Position numbers and translations under genes: made by a program | Shown: piece by piece, positions 18,064 to 29,173 of the stretch | Layout: every line of letters begins with the position of its first letter | Numbering within the stretch: position 1 is the first letter of the stretch | The notes under the pieces: generated by a model | What the model was told of the DNA's origin: nothing | Seen by the model: only the letters and a program-made list of their open reading frames with translations | Databases searched by the model: none | Assembly: GCA_040390405.1 (NCBI GenBank) | Contig: JAZJYJ010000005.1 | Location: forward strand, 96,988-160,987 | Direction: 5' to 3' | Length of the DNA stretch: 64,000 nucleotides | Source: Bacteroidota bacterium | GTDB lineage: Bacteria > Bacteroidota > Bacteroidia > Chitinophagales > Chitinophagaceae

Positions 18064-21000
18064 ATGCCGTTACGCCGCTATCTCATAGCGTTATTAGTAT
18101 TTTCCTGTCTTTTCCAAAAAGGGCAGGCGCAACAGCATGAAGTTAGTTTGCGACTTAAATGGTGGCACCAGTTCCAGTTTGCCGGTTATTATGCGGCAGT
18201 TACACAGGGATTTTATGAAAAAGAAGGATTGAAAGTGAACATCGTGCCAGGCGATGCAGCGCATCCTGCTGTTGGGGAAGTGTTATCGGGCCGGGCCGAT
18301 TTTGGTGTTTCGGGTTGTGATTTATTATCGGAATATGCCAATGGTAAACCCCTGGTGGCACTGGGCGCTATCTTCCAGCATTCGCCGTATGTAATTATGT
18401 CCATGCCGGGAAAGCACATCAATGTGCCTTCCGACCTGGTAGGCAAACGCATTATGGCTTCAGAAAACCAGGGATGGGTTGAACTGAAAGCCATGTTTTT
18501 GAAAGAAGGGCTCAACGTAAATAAGTTATCCATTGTAAACCATACCTGGAATAATAGCGACCTGGTAAAAGGGAAAGTGGACGCGATGACCGCTTACCGC
18601 TCCGTTGAACCTTACCAGTTACAGCAAATGGGTAGTAAGCCTTCTTTATTGTCGCCGATTAATTACGGGGTCGATTTTTATGGCGATATTTTATTTTCAT
18701 CCCATTCCTATACTGCTAAAAATCCCGAAACAGTAGAAAAGTTCAGAAGGGCCAGTTTCAAAGGCTGGGAATACGCGATGACGCATAAAAAGGAACTGGT
18801 AGATTATATCTTAACCCTGCCTGGTGTTTCGGAAAGAAAAGTTACGAGAGCGGCGCTTATGTTTGAAGCCGATGAAATGGCAAAACTCATACTCCCCGAA
18901 CTGGTTGAAATGGGAAATATGAATGAGGGAAGATGGGAACACATCTTAGCGATTCACCAGCAACTGGGTTTGATTAAAGCTGATACGGATATTAAAGCAT
19001 TCATCTATCGGAAAAAACCAAGTATCTCAGAATCCTTAAAAAACATTGGTTTTGTTGCGGTGGGAGCCGTAATGTTTCTTTTTCTTATTGTGCTTGCCTA
19101 CGGTATAATGGTTCGCAAAGCCGTTACAAGAAAAACAAGGGAACAGCGGGAAGCTTTGGACGCATTGAGCAGTTCTGAAGAGAAATACAGAACCTTGTTT
19201 GAGCAGGCTTCTGATGGTATCGTGATCTGCAACAGCAGCCTTCGTATCATACATGCCAATTCAGCGGCATTGTCTTTGTTTGGATATACCCGGGAACAGC
19301 TGTATCAAATGACGCCCAAAGACCTGTTGGTAATTACGGAAAATGATCCCCCTCTTCAAATTCAAAAAATTACCCTGGGGCAATCAATGCTTACCCAGCG
19401 TATTGCCAAAAGAAAGGATGGAACCACTTTTATCATTGAGATGAATTCCAATATTCTGACCAATGGCAATTACCTGGGCTTTCTAAGGGATGTTACCCAA
19501 AAGAATAAAGCAGATGAACAATTAAAGAAACAGGAACGCCAGCTGGATCTGGTCTACAATAAAGTGGCCGACTGCATTTTTGTACTAAGTGTAGCCGATG
19601 ACCGGAATTTTCGGTTCATTTCTGTTAACCAATCTTTCCTGGATACAACCGGCCTGGCGAAAGCAGATGTTTTGTATAAAGACATCACAGAAGTGTTGCC
19701 TCCGCCTGCGTTGGAGCTTGTGCTGGGGAAATACCGGGAAGCCATTACACAGCAAAAAACGGTACAGTGGGAAGAAGAAACCCTATATCCTACCGGCAAA
19801 AAAACAGGGATCGTTTCAGTAACACCTGTTTTTGAAAACAATAGCTGCGTACAGCTGATCGGTTCCGTACACGACATCACGGAAGAAAAAGAACTGGAGA
19901 AAACACTGGATCAAATGTATCGCCTATCCAGGATAGGTGTATGGGAATTTTACCCGGATACAGATAAAGTAATCTGGTCGCCGGTTACCAGGGAAATACA
20001 TGAAGCGCCGGAAAATTTCGAACCCAATCTTGCACAGGGGATCCTGTATTATAAAGAAGGAGAGAGCCGCGACAGGATCATCCAGGTCGTCAATAAAGCC
20101 ATTGAGGATGGGACGCCCTATTCAGAAGAGCTGCAGCTGATAACAGAAAAAGGAAATGAACGATGGGTAAAAGCCATAGGGGAGGCGGAATTTAGAAACG
20201 GGAAATGTATCCGCTTATATGGAAGCTTCCAGGATATTGATAAACGGAAAAAAACTGAACTCGCGTTTGTAAGCTCACTGGAAGAAAGAAATACCATCCT
20301 GGAAAGTATTGGGGATGGGTTCTTTGCAGTGGATAAAAACTGGGTAGTTACTTACTGGAACCAGGTAGCCGAAACAATGCTTCATACACCCAAAGAAAAA
20401 ATTGTAAACAAACCTTTATGGGATGTTTTTTCGGGTAGCATTCATACGAAATCTTACCGGCATTACCATCGGGCCATGAACTCCGGCGAGGCTGATCATT
20501 TCGAGGATTTTTATCCGATGTTAAAAAAATGGTTTGAGATCAGTGTATATCCTTCGACCAAAGGGCTGTCGGTTTATTTTAAAGATATCACGGAACGAAA
20601 AAATGCACTGGAAGCGATCCGCATCAGCAATGAACGTTATAACTATGTAGCCAAAGCTACCAATGATTCCGTATGGGACTGGGATATTGTAAATGATACC
20701 GTGGTGAGATCCGGCGATAATTATGAACGTGTTTTTGGATACAGTCCCTTGCTGGCGGATCAGGACAATGGGTTCTGGTCAAAACTTGTTCATCCAGATG
20801 ACCTGCAGAGAGTGGAAAAGGGAAGAAATGCCATTTTCGCGGATCCTGCCATTGATTATTGGGAAGATGAATACCGGTTTAAAAAAGCGAATGGAGAATA
20901 TGCGATCGTGTACGATAAAGGGCATATTATTCGTGACGACTCAGGAAATCCTATCCGGATGATCGGATCAACTTCAGATATCAGTGAGCGTAAACAATAT

Positions 21001-21732
21001 GAAGAATCGCTGAAATCACTGAATGCCGATCTCGAGAAAACAAACAGGGACCTCGCCGTATCAAACCAGGAACTGGAACAATTCGCATATGTAGCTTCGC
21101 ACGACCTGCAGGAACCGCTTCGGATGGTAACCAGTTTTTTAACACAACTCGAAAAAAAATACAATGAGCAACTGGATGAGAAAGCGCATCAGTACATTTA
21201 TTTTGCAGTAGATGGCGCCAAGCGGATGCGGGAGATCATTCTTGAATTACTGGAATTCTCTAGAGTAGGGAGACTCTCCTCAGAAAAGGAAGAAATCGAC
21301 TTGAACAAACTGATTGAGGAAATATGTCTTTTACAAAAAAAATACTTGGAGGAAAAGGAAGCCACTATGCACGCAGAAAAGCTGCCTGTGATCTATAGCT
21401 ATAAAGCGCCCATCTTACAAGTGTTTCAGAACCTTATCAACAACGCGATCAAATATGGCAAGGAAAACGTTCCGGTAATAATCGATATCCGTTCACAGGA
21501 ATCAGCGGACCACTGGACTTTTTCCGTTGCCGATAATGGCATTGGTATCAATGAAGAATATTTCGAAAAGATCTTTATTATTTTTCAGCGACTGCACGCA
21601 AAAAACGAGTACAGCGGAACGGGTATGGGACTTGCTATTGTGAAGAAAATAATGGATAACCTTGGTGGGCGTATCTGGGTTGAATCCGAGCCTGAACGAG
21701 GAAGTACCTTTTATTTCACTATCCCTAAGTAA
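18064..21732 (+). CDS. Sensor histidine kinase: periplasmic NMT1/THI5-like solute-binding domain + TM + 5 PAS + HisKA/HATPase
   Basis: N-terminal [17 protein letters not shown]...GFYEKEGL (NMT1-like), one TM helix, five segments ending in the PAC-type DIT/DVT/DIS motif, H-box [14 protein letters not shown] and GTGMGL. Confidence 0.92.
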   Translation: MPLRRYLIALLVFSCLFQKGQAQQHEVSLRLKWWHQFQFAGYYAAVTQGFYEKEGLKVNIVPGDAAHPAVGEVLSGRADFGVSGCDLLSEYANGKPLVALGAIFQHSPYVIMSMPGKHINVPSDLVGKRIMASENQGWVELKAMFLKEGLNVNKLSIVNHTWNNSDLVKGKVDAMTAYRSVEPYQLQQMGSKPSLLSPINYGVDFYGDILFSSHSYTAKNPETVEKFRRASFKGWEYAMTHKKELVDYILTLPGVSERKVTRAALMFEADEMAKLILPELVEMGNMNEGRWEHILAIHQQLGLIKADTDIKAFIYRKKPSISESLKNIGFVAVGAVMFLFLIVLAYGIMVRKAVTRKTREQREALDALSSSEEKYRTLFEQASDGIVICNSSLRIIHANSAALSLFGYTREQLYQMTPKDLLVITENDPPLQIQKITLGQSMLTQRIAKRKDGTTFIIEMNSNILTNGNYLGFLRDVTQKNKADEQLKKQERQLDLVYNKVADCIFVLSVADDRNFRFISVNQSFLDTTGLAKADVLYKDITEVLPPPALELVLGKYREAITQQKTVQWEEETLYPTGKKTGIVSVTPVFENNSCVQLIGSVHDITEEKELEKTLDQMYRLSRIGVWEFYPDTDKVIWSPVTREIHEAPENFEPNLAQGILYYKEGESRDRIIQVVNKAIEDGTPYSEELQLITEKGNERWVKAIGEAEFRNGKCIRLYGSFQDIDKRKKTELAFVSSLEERNTILESIGDGFFAVDKNWVVTYWNQVAETMLHTPKEKIVNKPLWDVFSGSIHTKSYRHYHRAMNSGEADHFEDFYPMLKKWFEISVYPSTKGLSVYFKDITERKNALEAIRISNERYNYVAKATNDSVWDWDIVNDTVVRSGDNYERVFGYSPLLADQDNGFWSKLVHPDDLQRVEKGRNAIFADPAIDYWEDEYRFKKANGEYAIVYDKGHIIRDDSGNPIRMIGSTSDISERKQYEESLKSLNADLEKTNRDLAVSNQELEQFAYVASHDLQEPLRMVTSFLTQLEKKYNEQLDEKAHQYIYFAVDGAKRMREIILELLEFSRVGRLSSEKEEIDLNKLIEEICLLQKKYLEEKEATMHAEKLPVIYSYKAPILQVFQNLINNAIKYGKENVPVIIDIRSQESADHWTFSVADNGIGINEEYFEKIFIIFQRLHAKNEYSGTGMGLAIVKKIMDNLGGRIWVESEPERGSTFYFTIPK

Positions 21733-21743
21733 GCAAATACCGG

Positions 21744-23165
21744 TTACACGATAATTCTTTTGAGGGGAATTGAAACGGTGATGGTAGATCCGATTCCGGG
21801 AGTAGAGGCTAAGCCGATCTCTCCTGAAAAAAACGCAGCACGTCTTTTCATGTTGGTCATACCAATACCCGTTTTTTGATTCTCTACATCGAACCCGATA
21901 CCATTATCGCGAACGGTCATGGTAAGACGATCTTTGCAAATAGTAACGTCAACTTCGATCCGGGTCGCTTTAGCGTGTTTTACAATATTCCGCAATTGCT
22001 CCTGCAGTATCCGGTAAAGGTTCAATTGCGCATCAATTGTAATCAGGTGTTTCTTCACGGCTTCGTGTACAGTAAGAACTACTTTGTACCTGCCATCTAC
22101 ATCAAATGAGTGAAGCAGCCGTTCAAAAGCTTCCTGTACAGTGGTATCCGTAAAAAAAGCGGGTGCCATACGATGCGAAAGGTTCCGTATTTCGGTAAGC
22201 GCCAGCTCCAGGTATTCCCTGCTATAATTGTACCATTTCATTTTTTCAGGAGGCAGTGCTTCTTTCAGTTTATCAAGACTGATTTGGCTGGTGGCCAGGA
22301 TCTGACAAACATTATCATGCAGCTCGCTGCCAATTTCATACCGCTCTTCTTCCTGTGTTCTCAGGATGGCATTGATGAGTCTGTCTTCATAAAGAATCTT
22401 GTCGGTAATATCAATGGCAATAACGGATTTAAAACTTTTATCACCGATGAGGATAGGGGTACTGTAAATTTCAACTTCGATGATATCACCGGATTTTTTC
22501 AGGTGTCGGAACCTGCCGCGGTACATCGCTTCCAGGTGTGCATCTTCAGACCTAAGGATTCCCTTTAGCTTCGGGATCTCACTTTCGGGCCGGATATCAA
22601 GAATGGTCATATTCAGAAATTCCATCTCACTGTACCCATAATTTTCAATGGCCGCTTTATTGACCTGTACAAATCGAAAAGTTTCCATGTCATACACCCA
22701 CATTGGCTGCGGGCTTAAGCGAAACAGATCGCTGTATCTTTCCTCTGATTTTTTCAGTTCGGAAATGTATTTCTTCCTTTCTATCGCGTAGATGATGCTT
22801 TTGTAAAGTATGGTGGCATTCAGGTCGTCCTTAAGCAGATAATCGGATATATTGCGTGAGATGGACTTGATACTGAAGTCCATATCCGTATATCCTGTCA
22901 AAATAATAATCGGGTAGCCGGGTGCAAGGGTAAGGATCTCATTAATCAGCTGCTGACCACTTTTATCGGGCAATGTAAGATCAAGCAGGATCACATCAAA
23001 CAGGTTGTCGCCCTGTGACAAAAGTGCCGATGCTTCCTTAAAATTATTTACCTGGGCAATAGACGGATTTAAAATCTGTTCCAGCAAAAGGTCTTCCACT
23101 ATCAGGTAATCACCCGGATTGTCTTCAATAATCAGTATCCGGTATGGTTTCTTATCCTTGGTCAT
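21744..23165 (-). CDS. Hybrid receiver-PAS-histidine kinase (HisKA_3/NarX-type)
   Basis: REC (ILIIEDN...LLDLTLPD), PAS, ERYEIGSELHDNVCQ, DNGIGF and TGIGMTNM. Confidence 0.9.
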   Translation of the reverse strand: MTKDKKPYRILIIEDNPGDYLIVEDLLLEQILNPSIAQVNNFKEASALLSQGDNLFDVILLDLTLPDKSGQQLINEILTLAPGYPIIILTGYTDMDFSIKSISRNISDYLLKDDLNATILYKSIIYAIERKKYISELKKSEERYSDLFRLSPQPMWVYDMETFRFVQVNKAAIENYGYSEMEFLNMTILDIRPESEIPKLKGILRSEDAHLEAMYRGRFRHLKKSGDIIEVEIYSTPILIGDKSFKSVIAIDITDKILYEDRLINAILRTQEEERYEIGSELHDNVCQILATSQISLDKLKEALPPEKMKWYNYSREYLELALTEIRNLSHRMAPAFFTDTTVQEAFERLLHSFDVDGRYKVVLTVHEAVKKHLITIDAQLNLYRILQEQLRNIVKHAKATRIEVDVTICKDRLTMTVRDNGIGFDVENQKTGIGMTNMKRRAAFFSGEIGLASTPGIGSTITVSIPLKRIIV

Positions 23166-23172
23166 CGGGAAG

Positions 23173-23604
23173 CTAGTTTTTAGAAGGTAATTTCACGATC
23201 GATATCCAGAAGTTTTCGATGGAGGAGACAACTTCAAGAAAATGATCCGCTTCTACCGGCTTGGTGATGAAACAATTCGCGTGATTTTTATAAGAGAGCA
23301 GGATGTCTTTATCGGAGGATGATGTGGTAAGTATGATTACAGGGATCTGCTTCAATTGCTCGCTTTCTTTGATATATTGTAAAACCTCATGCCCGTTCCT
23401 TTTTGGAAGATTTACATCGAGCAGGATGAGGTCGGGTAAGGAATCTTTGTTTTTTTTCAATTGCGTTTCCAGAAAATCAATGGCGTCTTTCCCATTACGC
23501 GAAATACTGATCTCGGTTACAATCTTACCATCTTCCAAGGCTTCTTTGGTAAGTAGGATATCTCCTTCATTGTCTTCGACAAGTAAGATATGAATGGGGG
23601 TCAT
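23173..23604 (-). CDS. Single-domain response regulator (Rcp1-like)
   Basis: ILLVEDNEGD, LLDVNLPKRNGHEVL, LTTSSS and NCFITKP. Confidence 0.93.
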   Translation of the reverse strand: MTPIHILLVEDNEGDILLTKEALEDGKIVTEISISRNGKDAIDFLETQLKKNKDSLPDLILLDVNLPKRNGHEVLQYIKESEQLKQIPVIILTTSSSDKDILLSYKNHANCFITKPVEADHFLEVVSSIENFWISIVKLPSKN

Positions 23605-25889
23605 TTGGGGGGTATTTGTTTGGTAAATGTAAAATAAAAATTACTGCCTTCACCTTCTTTTGAAATAACCCAGATCTTTCCTCCAAAATTCTCAATAATT
23701 TTTTTGGTGATCGACAAACCGATACCCGTTCCAGAATACTCGTTTCGGCTATGTAAGCGCTGAAAAAGGATAAAAATTTTATCATAGTATTCCTTGCCAA
23801 TGCCGATCCCATTATCTGCTATGGAAAACTGCCAATCCGTTTCTTCTTCTTTTACGCTGATGTGTATTTTACAAGGGATATCGGCCCTGCTGTATTTGAG
23901 CGCGTTGCTGATAAGGTTCTGAAATACCTGCCGCATGGGTGATTTATAAACAGCAATTACCGGTAAACGCTCAGTTGTAATAATAGCCTGCTTGTCTTCT
24001 ATCTGTTTCCTGTAAAGGATCTGGATCTCGTTAACCAATTCATTGAGATCAAGCAGTTCACTATACTCTTCCGTTTTTCCAACCCTTGAAAATTCCAGCA
24101 GGTCAAGAATAATACGCCGCATCCGCCTGGCGCCATCTACAGCAAAGTCGATGTATTTTTTGCCTTTGTCATCAATTACATCAATGTATTTTTTTTCCAA
24201 CTGGACAAGAAAATTAGTGATCATTCGCAATGGCTCCTGTAAATCATGCGAAGCCACATAGGCAAATTGTTCCAATTCCATGTTGGAACGGGCTAGTTCC
24301 TTGGTGTGTAATTGCAAGGACTCATTTAATTCTTTCAGTTGTTTTTCTGCCAGTTTCCTGTTGGTAATGTCTCTCAGAAAGGCGCAGAAAAATTCCTCAT
24401 TACCCTGTTTAATAGGCAAAATGGTAAGCTCTACCGGAAACTCTTCATTGTTCCGGTTAACCGCAGAAAGCTCTAGCAAAACATTTAAGGCAGGTGCATG
24501 CCCGGTTTGTAAATAGGCAGCCATTCCTTTGTCATGCATGCTTCGCATGGATTCCGGAATGATGAATTTCGAAAGGCGTTTGTTCAGTACTTCTGGTTCT
24601 TTCCATCCGAAAATCCGTTCTGCCTGCGGATTCCAGAAAGTGATATCTCCCTTTGTGTCAATACAGATGATTGCATCCAGCGCAGCGTTCATGATCAACC
24701 TTGTTTTTTCTTCACTGCTCCTGATATCTTCTGTCTGCATGGTAGACTGTGTGATATCCATAACAGTTGAGATCATCAGGTTTTGTTCCGGCAGAGGGAT
24801 ATTCTTTGCATTGATGATCCTTTTCTCTCCCGATTCGGTGGTAATGCTGATGCCATTCCAGCTCATTCTTTCGGGGTCGCCACTCTGTATATCCGTAACA
24901 ATGCGCTCAGTGATTTCTTTGCGATATGCCGGATCGGGATATACTTTTTCAAAGAAGCTGTCGATATCCGTCAGGTCTTTTTCATTCCAGCCATACACTT
25001 CACTAAACAGCCTGTTTACAAAAGTGGCCGTTCCTTCATTGATTTTATTTACGGCAATGCCAATGGGAATATGCTGAAGAATGGTTTCAATAAAAACATT
25101 CCGCTGTTTCAGTTCATTAAACAGCAATTGTTGTTTGTTCTGTAAGTTGGTTTCTTCCGTTATATCACGTGCGGTTACAACAATCCCGATGACCTGTTCC
25201 GCATCGTCTTTTGCCGGTGAGAACTTGAGTGAAATATGTTTGATGCTGTCAGCAAAAGGGATCTGAATAAGAGAGGTTTCCGTGGCGCCTTTCAATACCC
25301 TTTCATAAATGGATTTTACTACCTCCTTTCTTTCCGGTAGCGCATAGTCAAGAACCAGGTTCCCTTTTTTTACATCGATGCCAAAATAGGTTTTGTATAA
25401 ATGATGAAACTGCGCATTGAAGGAGATGATCGTTAAATGAATATCCAGGAACAGAAAGGGTTCTTCTGTATTATTTACCAGTAAGGACAATTGTTTTTCC
25501 GTAATGTCATGCACCTGGTGAATGATGTAGCAAAGATTTTGTGCATCATCCAATACCGGTATGTTCTCAGGGATCCAGTATTTTACGGCAAACTCATTTG
25601 TTCCAGTAATGGGTATGTTATACCGTTGAACAGCTAAGGCATGTGGCTTTCGGGTTGCTGTTACGGTAAGCAGGGATTGCCGTAAACTTTCTGATAACTG
25701 CGAACGATGGGTTTCATGAAAACCGGCATATACATCAAAAATGGTCTTGCCAATAAAATCTTTGCCGATACCCGTAGCTGCTGAAAAAGCCGGGTTAATA
25801 TCCTCAATGGTAAAATGCGGTGTGTTGGGTAATAACAGTAGCCCTGGCAACGGAAAAACCGTAAATAGGTTTGGGGTGTTTTTACTCAT
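23601..25889 (-). CDS. Cytoplasmic 4-PAS histidine kinase (Cph1-type transmitter)
   Basis: No TM helix; four PAS/PAC segments; [23 protein letters not shown] and GTGIGL. Confidence 0.92.
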   Translation of the reverse strand: MSKNTPNLFTVFPLPGLLLLPNTPHFTIEDINPAFSAATGIGKDFIGKTIFDVYAGFHETHRSQLSESLRQSLLTVTATRKPHALAVQRYNIPITGTNEFAVKYWIPENIPVLDDAQNLCYIIHQVHDITEKQLSLLVNNTEEPFLFLDIHLTIISFNAQFHHLYKTYFGIDVKKGNLVLDYALPERKEVVKSIYERVLKGATETSLIQIPFADSIKHISLKFSPAKDDAEQVIGIVVTARDITEETNLQNKQQLLFNELKQRNVFIETILQHIPIGIAVNKINEGTATFVNRLFSEVYGWNEKDLTDIDSFFEKVYPDPAYRKEITERIVTDIQSGDPERMSWNGISITTESGEKRIINAKNIPLPEQNLMISTVMDITQSTMQTEDIRSSEEKTRLIMNAALDAIICIDTKGDITFWNPQAERIFGWKEPEVLNKRLSKFIIPESMRSMHDKGMAAYLQTGHAPALNVLLELSAVNRNNEEFPVELTILPIKQGNEEFFCAFLRDITNRKLAEKQLKELNESLQLHTKELARSNMELEQFAYVASHDLQEPLRMITNFLVQLEKKYIDVIDDKGKKYIDFAVDGARRMRRIILDLLEFSRVGKTEEYSELLDLNELVNEIQILYRKQIEDKQAIITTERLPVIAVYKSPMRQVFQNLISNALKYSRADIPCKIHISVKEEETDWQFSIADNGIGIGKEYYDKIFILFQRLHSRNEYSGTGIGLSITKKIIENFGGKIWVISKEGEGSNFYFTFTKQIPPK

Positions 25890-25934
25890 AGGATGTACTA
25901 AATATACCTAAAATTGGTAGTTATTGCAATTTTG

Positions 25935-26065
25935 GGTAGTGTGCCAGTTTGCACATATCTAATGTTACAGTCAGGTATTTTTAGCCACAGATTCGCAGAT
26001 TATTAGCTGAAAAATCTGTGAATCTGCGGCTGGAAAATAGTATGTTTTCAAATTGACACACTACC
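25935..26065. mobile_element. 131-bp MITE-like element with 17-bp TIRs and an 8-bp TSD
   Basis: TIRs GGTAGTGTGCCAGTTTG and CAAATTGACACACTACC (15/17). Direct repeat CAATTTTG at 25927-25934 and 26066-26073. Confidence 0.82.
25983..26031. repeat. REP-like palindrome, copy 1 (AGCCRCAGATTCGCAGATT family)
   Basis: agccacagattcgcagatt and aatctgtgaatctgcggct, inside the MITE. Confidence 0.88.
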
Positions 26066-26179
26066 CAATTTTGGTAACATCCTCCCTAGGTAAGTGATAA
26101 TTGCCACATACGATTGCCTTGAACATTGCGAATGAGTAAACAGCAACGTGTTATACCATTAAAATAGATCTATTTTTTT

Positions 26180-26253
26180 CTTTGTGAATCTTCGTGACTT
26201 AGTGGCAAAAAAGGGTCGACACTAAGGCGCTAAGACTCAAAGAGGCACGAAGG
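26180..26253. repeat. Degenerate 9-nt periodic inverted repeat
   Basis: ctttgtgaatcttcgtgacttagtg, then cactaaggcgctaagactcaaagaggcacgaagg. Confidence 0.6.
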
Positions 26254-26402
26254 ATCACTTTATGCTAGTATGCCTTCTGTTCCGAATACAAATTTCAACA
26301 GCACAGCACAGTTTAAAATAAATGGTCTTTGGAATTGCCATTTTCTCAGGTGCGAGTAGTTCACAATGGGGTAGGGGTGGCAATATTGCAATAAGCGAAA
26401 CG

Positions 26403-27281
26403 CTATTTTCTGCAAATGAGTTCCTGATTTATCTTGAAATAGGTTTGTCCATACCTGCTTATCTTCTTCTTAAAGCTCATATCCGAACGGAAAATATCTT
26501 TGAAAGAAGATCTGAGCGGAATGGATTTGTGAAATTCGATGCTAAAACCTTTCTTAGTCAATAATGACGATAAGTTCCTTTTAGAAAAAATAAATGTGTG
26601 CTCGATGCCGTCAATGATCCGCGGAATAGACAAGGATAAGAATTTCACAGTTCTGTATATTCTGTATAAATAACTTAATCTGTCAGGTGTTCCAATGTAC
26701 AAAACGCCATCTTTCTTTAAGATCCGATACATCTCATTGATATAAGCAGTGGGATCGAGTACATGTTCGATCACATGATTGCAATAGATGTAATCAAAAT
26801 AATCATCGGGATACGCGGCACTCATCAGTTCTCCTTTATGTGTCTTGACATTGTGATAATGCGATTGTACAAACGACAATGCATCTGCATCGAAATCAGT
26901 TGCGAACAGTTCAAAGCCGGATTGGTCAACATACATCAATCCCGCTCCAAGGCCACAACCTATATCAAGAAACCTACCGTTGTGTTTGTAATCATATATA
27001 TGCCATGCTTTGGCTTTTAATTCTGGTTCAGACAATTTTCTTGCTTCGTTGATCGAATTAACTGTGAGGTCTACATAATTCAACAGTCCGAAATTCCCCT
27101 TGTGGTAGTAATTTGTATAAAAAGAGACCAGCTCATTTTCATCAGCCATTGGGTTGGCGAATACGATATCGCAATTGCCACATTTGACCCGTGACATGTG
27201 CGGCCCATCACGTAAACAATCAATTGCATATCCTTGCAAATTTGTTGATCCGCAAATGGGACACTGCTTATAAAATATCAT
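26403..27281 (-). CDS. Class I SAM-dependent methyltransferase with an N-terminal Zn ribbon
   Basis: CPIC...CGNC, motif I LDIGCGLG, and NHVIEHV. Confidence 0.9.
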   Translation of the reverse strand: MIFYKQCPICGSTNLQGYAIDCLRDGPHMSRVKCGNCDIVFANPMADENELVSFYTNYYHKGNFGLLNYVDLTVNSINEARKLSEPELKAKAWHIYDYKHNGRFLDIGCGLGAGLMYVDQSGFELFATDFDADALSFVQSHYHNVKTHKGELMSAAYPDDYFDYIYCNHVIEHVLDPTAYINEMYRILKKDGVLYIGTPDRLSYLYRIYRTVKFLSLSIPRIIDGIEHTFIFSKRNLSSLLTKKGFSIEFHKSIPLRSSFKDIFRSDMSFKKKISRYGQTYFKINQELICRK

Positions 27282-27591
27282 GGGGTAAATATAAAAAAAG
27301 AATGAGCATACAAATCACATTTGCTCATGCAATACCCAATCTGCCTGCTAGTGAGAATTGATAAATCGAATCCAAAATTGAAATCCAATGAGCAAAAAAA
27401 CCAAAATCAGGGTAACGCCATTTGCTTTATCTTTAACTATTCGTTCTTTTCTTTCTTTTAATGGAAACAGAAAGGTGAGCGGTTCGTAAGCTCCTTCCGG
27501 AGCCATTGATTTTATTCGTGTTGTATCATAACATTCGATTTTTACCGGAATTACCTGTTTCATCAGATTACCCATTGAAATTTATCATACC

Positions 27592-28545
27592 ATGAAGAAA
27601 ACATTTCACCCCATTTTTTTATTGATGCTAGCCTTGTTTGCAAGTGTAACCAGCCTCTCAGCTAAAAACAGCTATAAAGCCGCCGCCGATACCACTATTG
27701 AAGGAAGATGGGACCTTACTATTTACCAGGACGGTAAAGAATTGCCATCCTGGCTCGAAGTAATTCATTCAGGAAGAAGCACCCTGGTAGGCCGTTTTGT
27801 ATATGCATTCGGCAGTGCACGCCCAGTAGCTAATGTGAAAAAAGCGAATGGAAAATATTTCTTCTCCATTCCACCGCAATGGGAGCCAGGCACCAGTGAT
27901 ATGGAATTTGAAATGGTGTTTGCCGATGACCGTTTAACTGGTACGATGGTGTATACCAATGGGAAAAAATACGAATGGAAAGGGGTTCGTGCACCCGCTT
28001 TAACCAGAACGGGTACACCTGTTTGGAGTGAGCCCATTCAATTGTTTAACGGTAAAGACCTTACCGGCTGGCATGCAACCGGCACCAATCAATGGCTGGC
28101 CCAAGAAGGTGTTTTACGGAGTCCCAAATCGGGTGCCAACCTGGTAACAGATAAAGTATTTACAGACTTCACACTGCATATTGAATTAAGATATCCTAAG
28201 GGAAGCAACAGCGGTGTTTATTTACGCGGCCGTTATGAGGTGCAGATCGAAGACAATTACGGGCAGGATCCGCTGATAGACAGGTTTGGGGCCATTTATG
28301 GATTTCTTCCGCCCAATGTGAATGCTGCAAAACCGGCTGGCGAATGGCAGTCATATGATATTACACTGATTGGTAGAACGGTAACTGTTGTGGCCAATGG
28401 AAAAACCGTGATCTGCGACCAGGTGATCCCCGGCATTACGGGTGGGGCATTAAACAGTAAAGAAGGTGAACCGGGGCCTATCCTGATCCAGGGAGATCAT
28501 GGTCCGGTTGAATACAGGAATATTGTAATTAGACCTGCTAAATAA
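27592..28545 (+). CDS. Secreted DUF1080 (3-keto-disaccharide hydrolase-like) protein
   Basis: Signal peptide, LFNGKDLTGW, NSGVYLRG.YEVQI, GEWQSYDI and IQGDHGPVEYRNI. Confidence 0.92.
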   Translation: MKKTFHPIFLLMLALFASVTSLSAKNSYKAAADTTIEGRWDLTIYQDGKELPSWLEVIHSGRSTLVGRFVYAFGSARPVANVKKANGKYFFSIPPQWEPGTSDMEFEMVFADDRLTGTMVYTNGKKYEWKGVRAPALTRTGTPVWSEPIQLFNGKDLTGWHATGTNQWLAQEGVLRSPKSGANLVTDKVFTDFTLHIELRYPKGSNSGVYLRGRYEVQIEDNYGQDPLIDRFGAIYGFLPPNVNAAKPAGEWQSYDITLIGRTVTVVANGKTVICDQVIPGITGGALNSKEGEPGPILIQGDHGPVEYRNIVIRPAK

Positions 28546-28982
28546 ACCAACCTGCCTATAACGGTGAGCAGATGTTAAGTTAATCAGGATATTGTTTCCT
28601 CAGGAAAGGAATTTTTGTGAAAGCAGGTCAAGAAACACCTGGGGAAGTGAAACTGTTGCAACTAATTTCTTTGGTTTCGCATGATTGCCGGCCAATAGCA
28701 GGCTTGTTTTTTTCTCAGACATCTGATAGGATTTGTAGCAAATAAACTATGTTTTTATCACTAAAAAAAGCGTAGTTCTACGGAATTTTACAGTGTTTCT
28801 ACGCTTTTTATCCCCACCTACTATAAAACGATAAAGCCGTTTAACCTGTGTAGTGCATTATTTACATAGGGCTGAATTTCTCTTGCTAAAAACCAATATC
28901 CGCTATGAATCTGCCAGTCTGGCGTGCATGAATGTTCTTAACTTAAAGGCTGTTTGAGTTAATTAATACGAATTGTTTATAC

Positions 28983-29074
28983 CTCTGCGAAAGCTCCCTT
29001 TTCTCTGCGGCTCTGCGGTGAATGCAAACCGCCATTCACCGCAGAGCCGCAGAGTTGCCGGAGTTTTCGCAGAG
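28983..29074. repeat. 9-nt periodic nested inverted repeat (CGCAGAG family)
   Basis: Perfect 22-bp arms ctctgcggctctgcggtgaatg (29003-29024) and cattcaccgcagagccgcagag (29033-29054), plus outer arms matching 14/15. Confidence 0.9.
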
Positions 29075-29173
29075 AAACAAGCGTCATAATGAATCAAAAA
29101 AAAATTAACCCAAACAATTGCTTGGTTGCAGCCGGTTTGGAACCGTATTGCCAGCTTGATGGCAGCCCGGATT

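Noticed and set aside
14704-27300. Intact integrative element or prophage at the tRNA
   Set aside because: No integrase, relaxase, transposase or phage gene; only a decayed repeat and a MITE. Treated as a variable region.
27348-27575. 75-aa ORF with a hydrophobic C-terminus
   Set aside because: No recognisable motif, and it starts in the promoter region of the divergent DUF1080 gene. It could be a remnant but I cannot support it.
28764-28811. Imperfect inverted repeat aaaaagcgtag...ctacgcttttt
   Set aside because: Short arms with a long loop, single copy, no associated feature.
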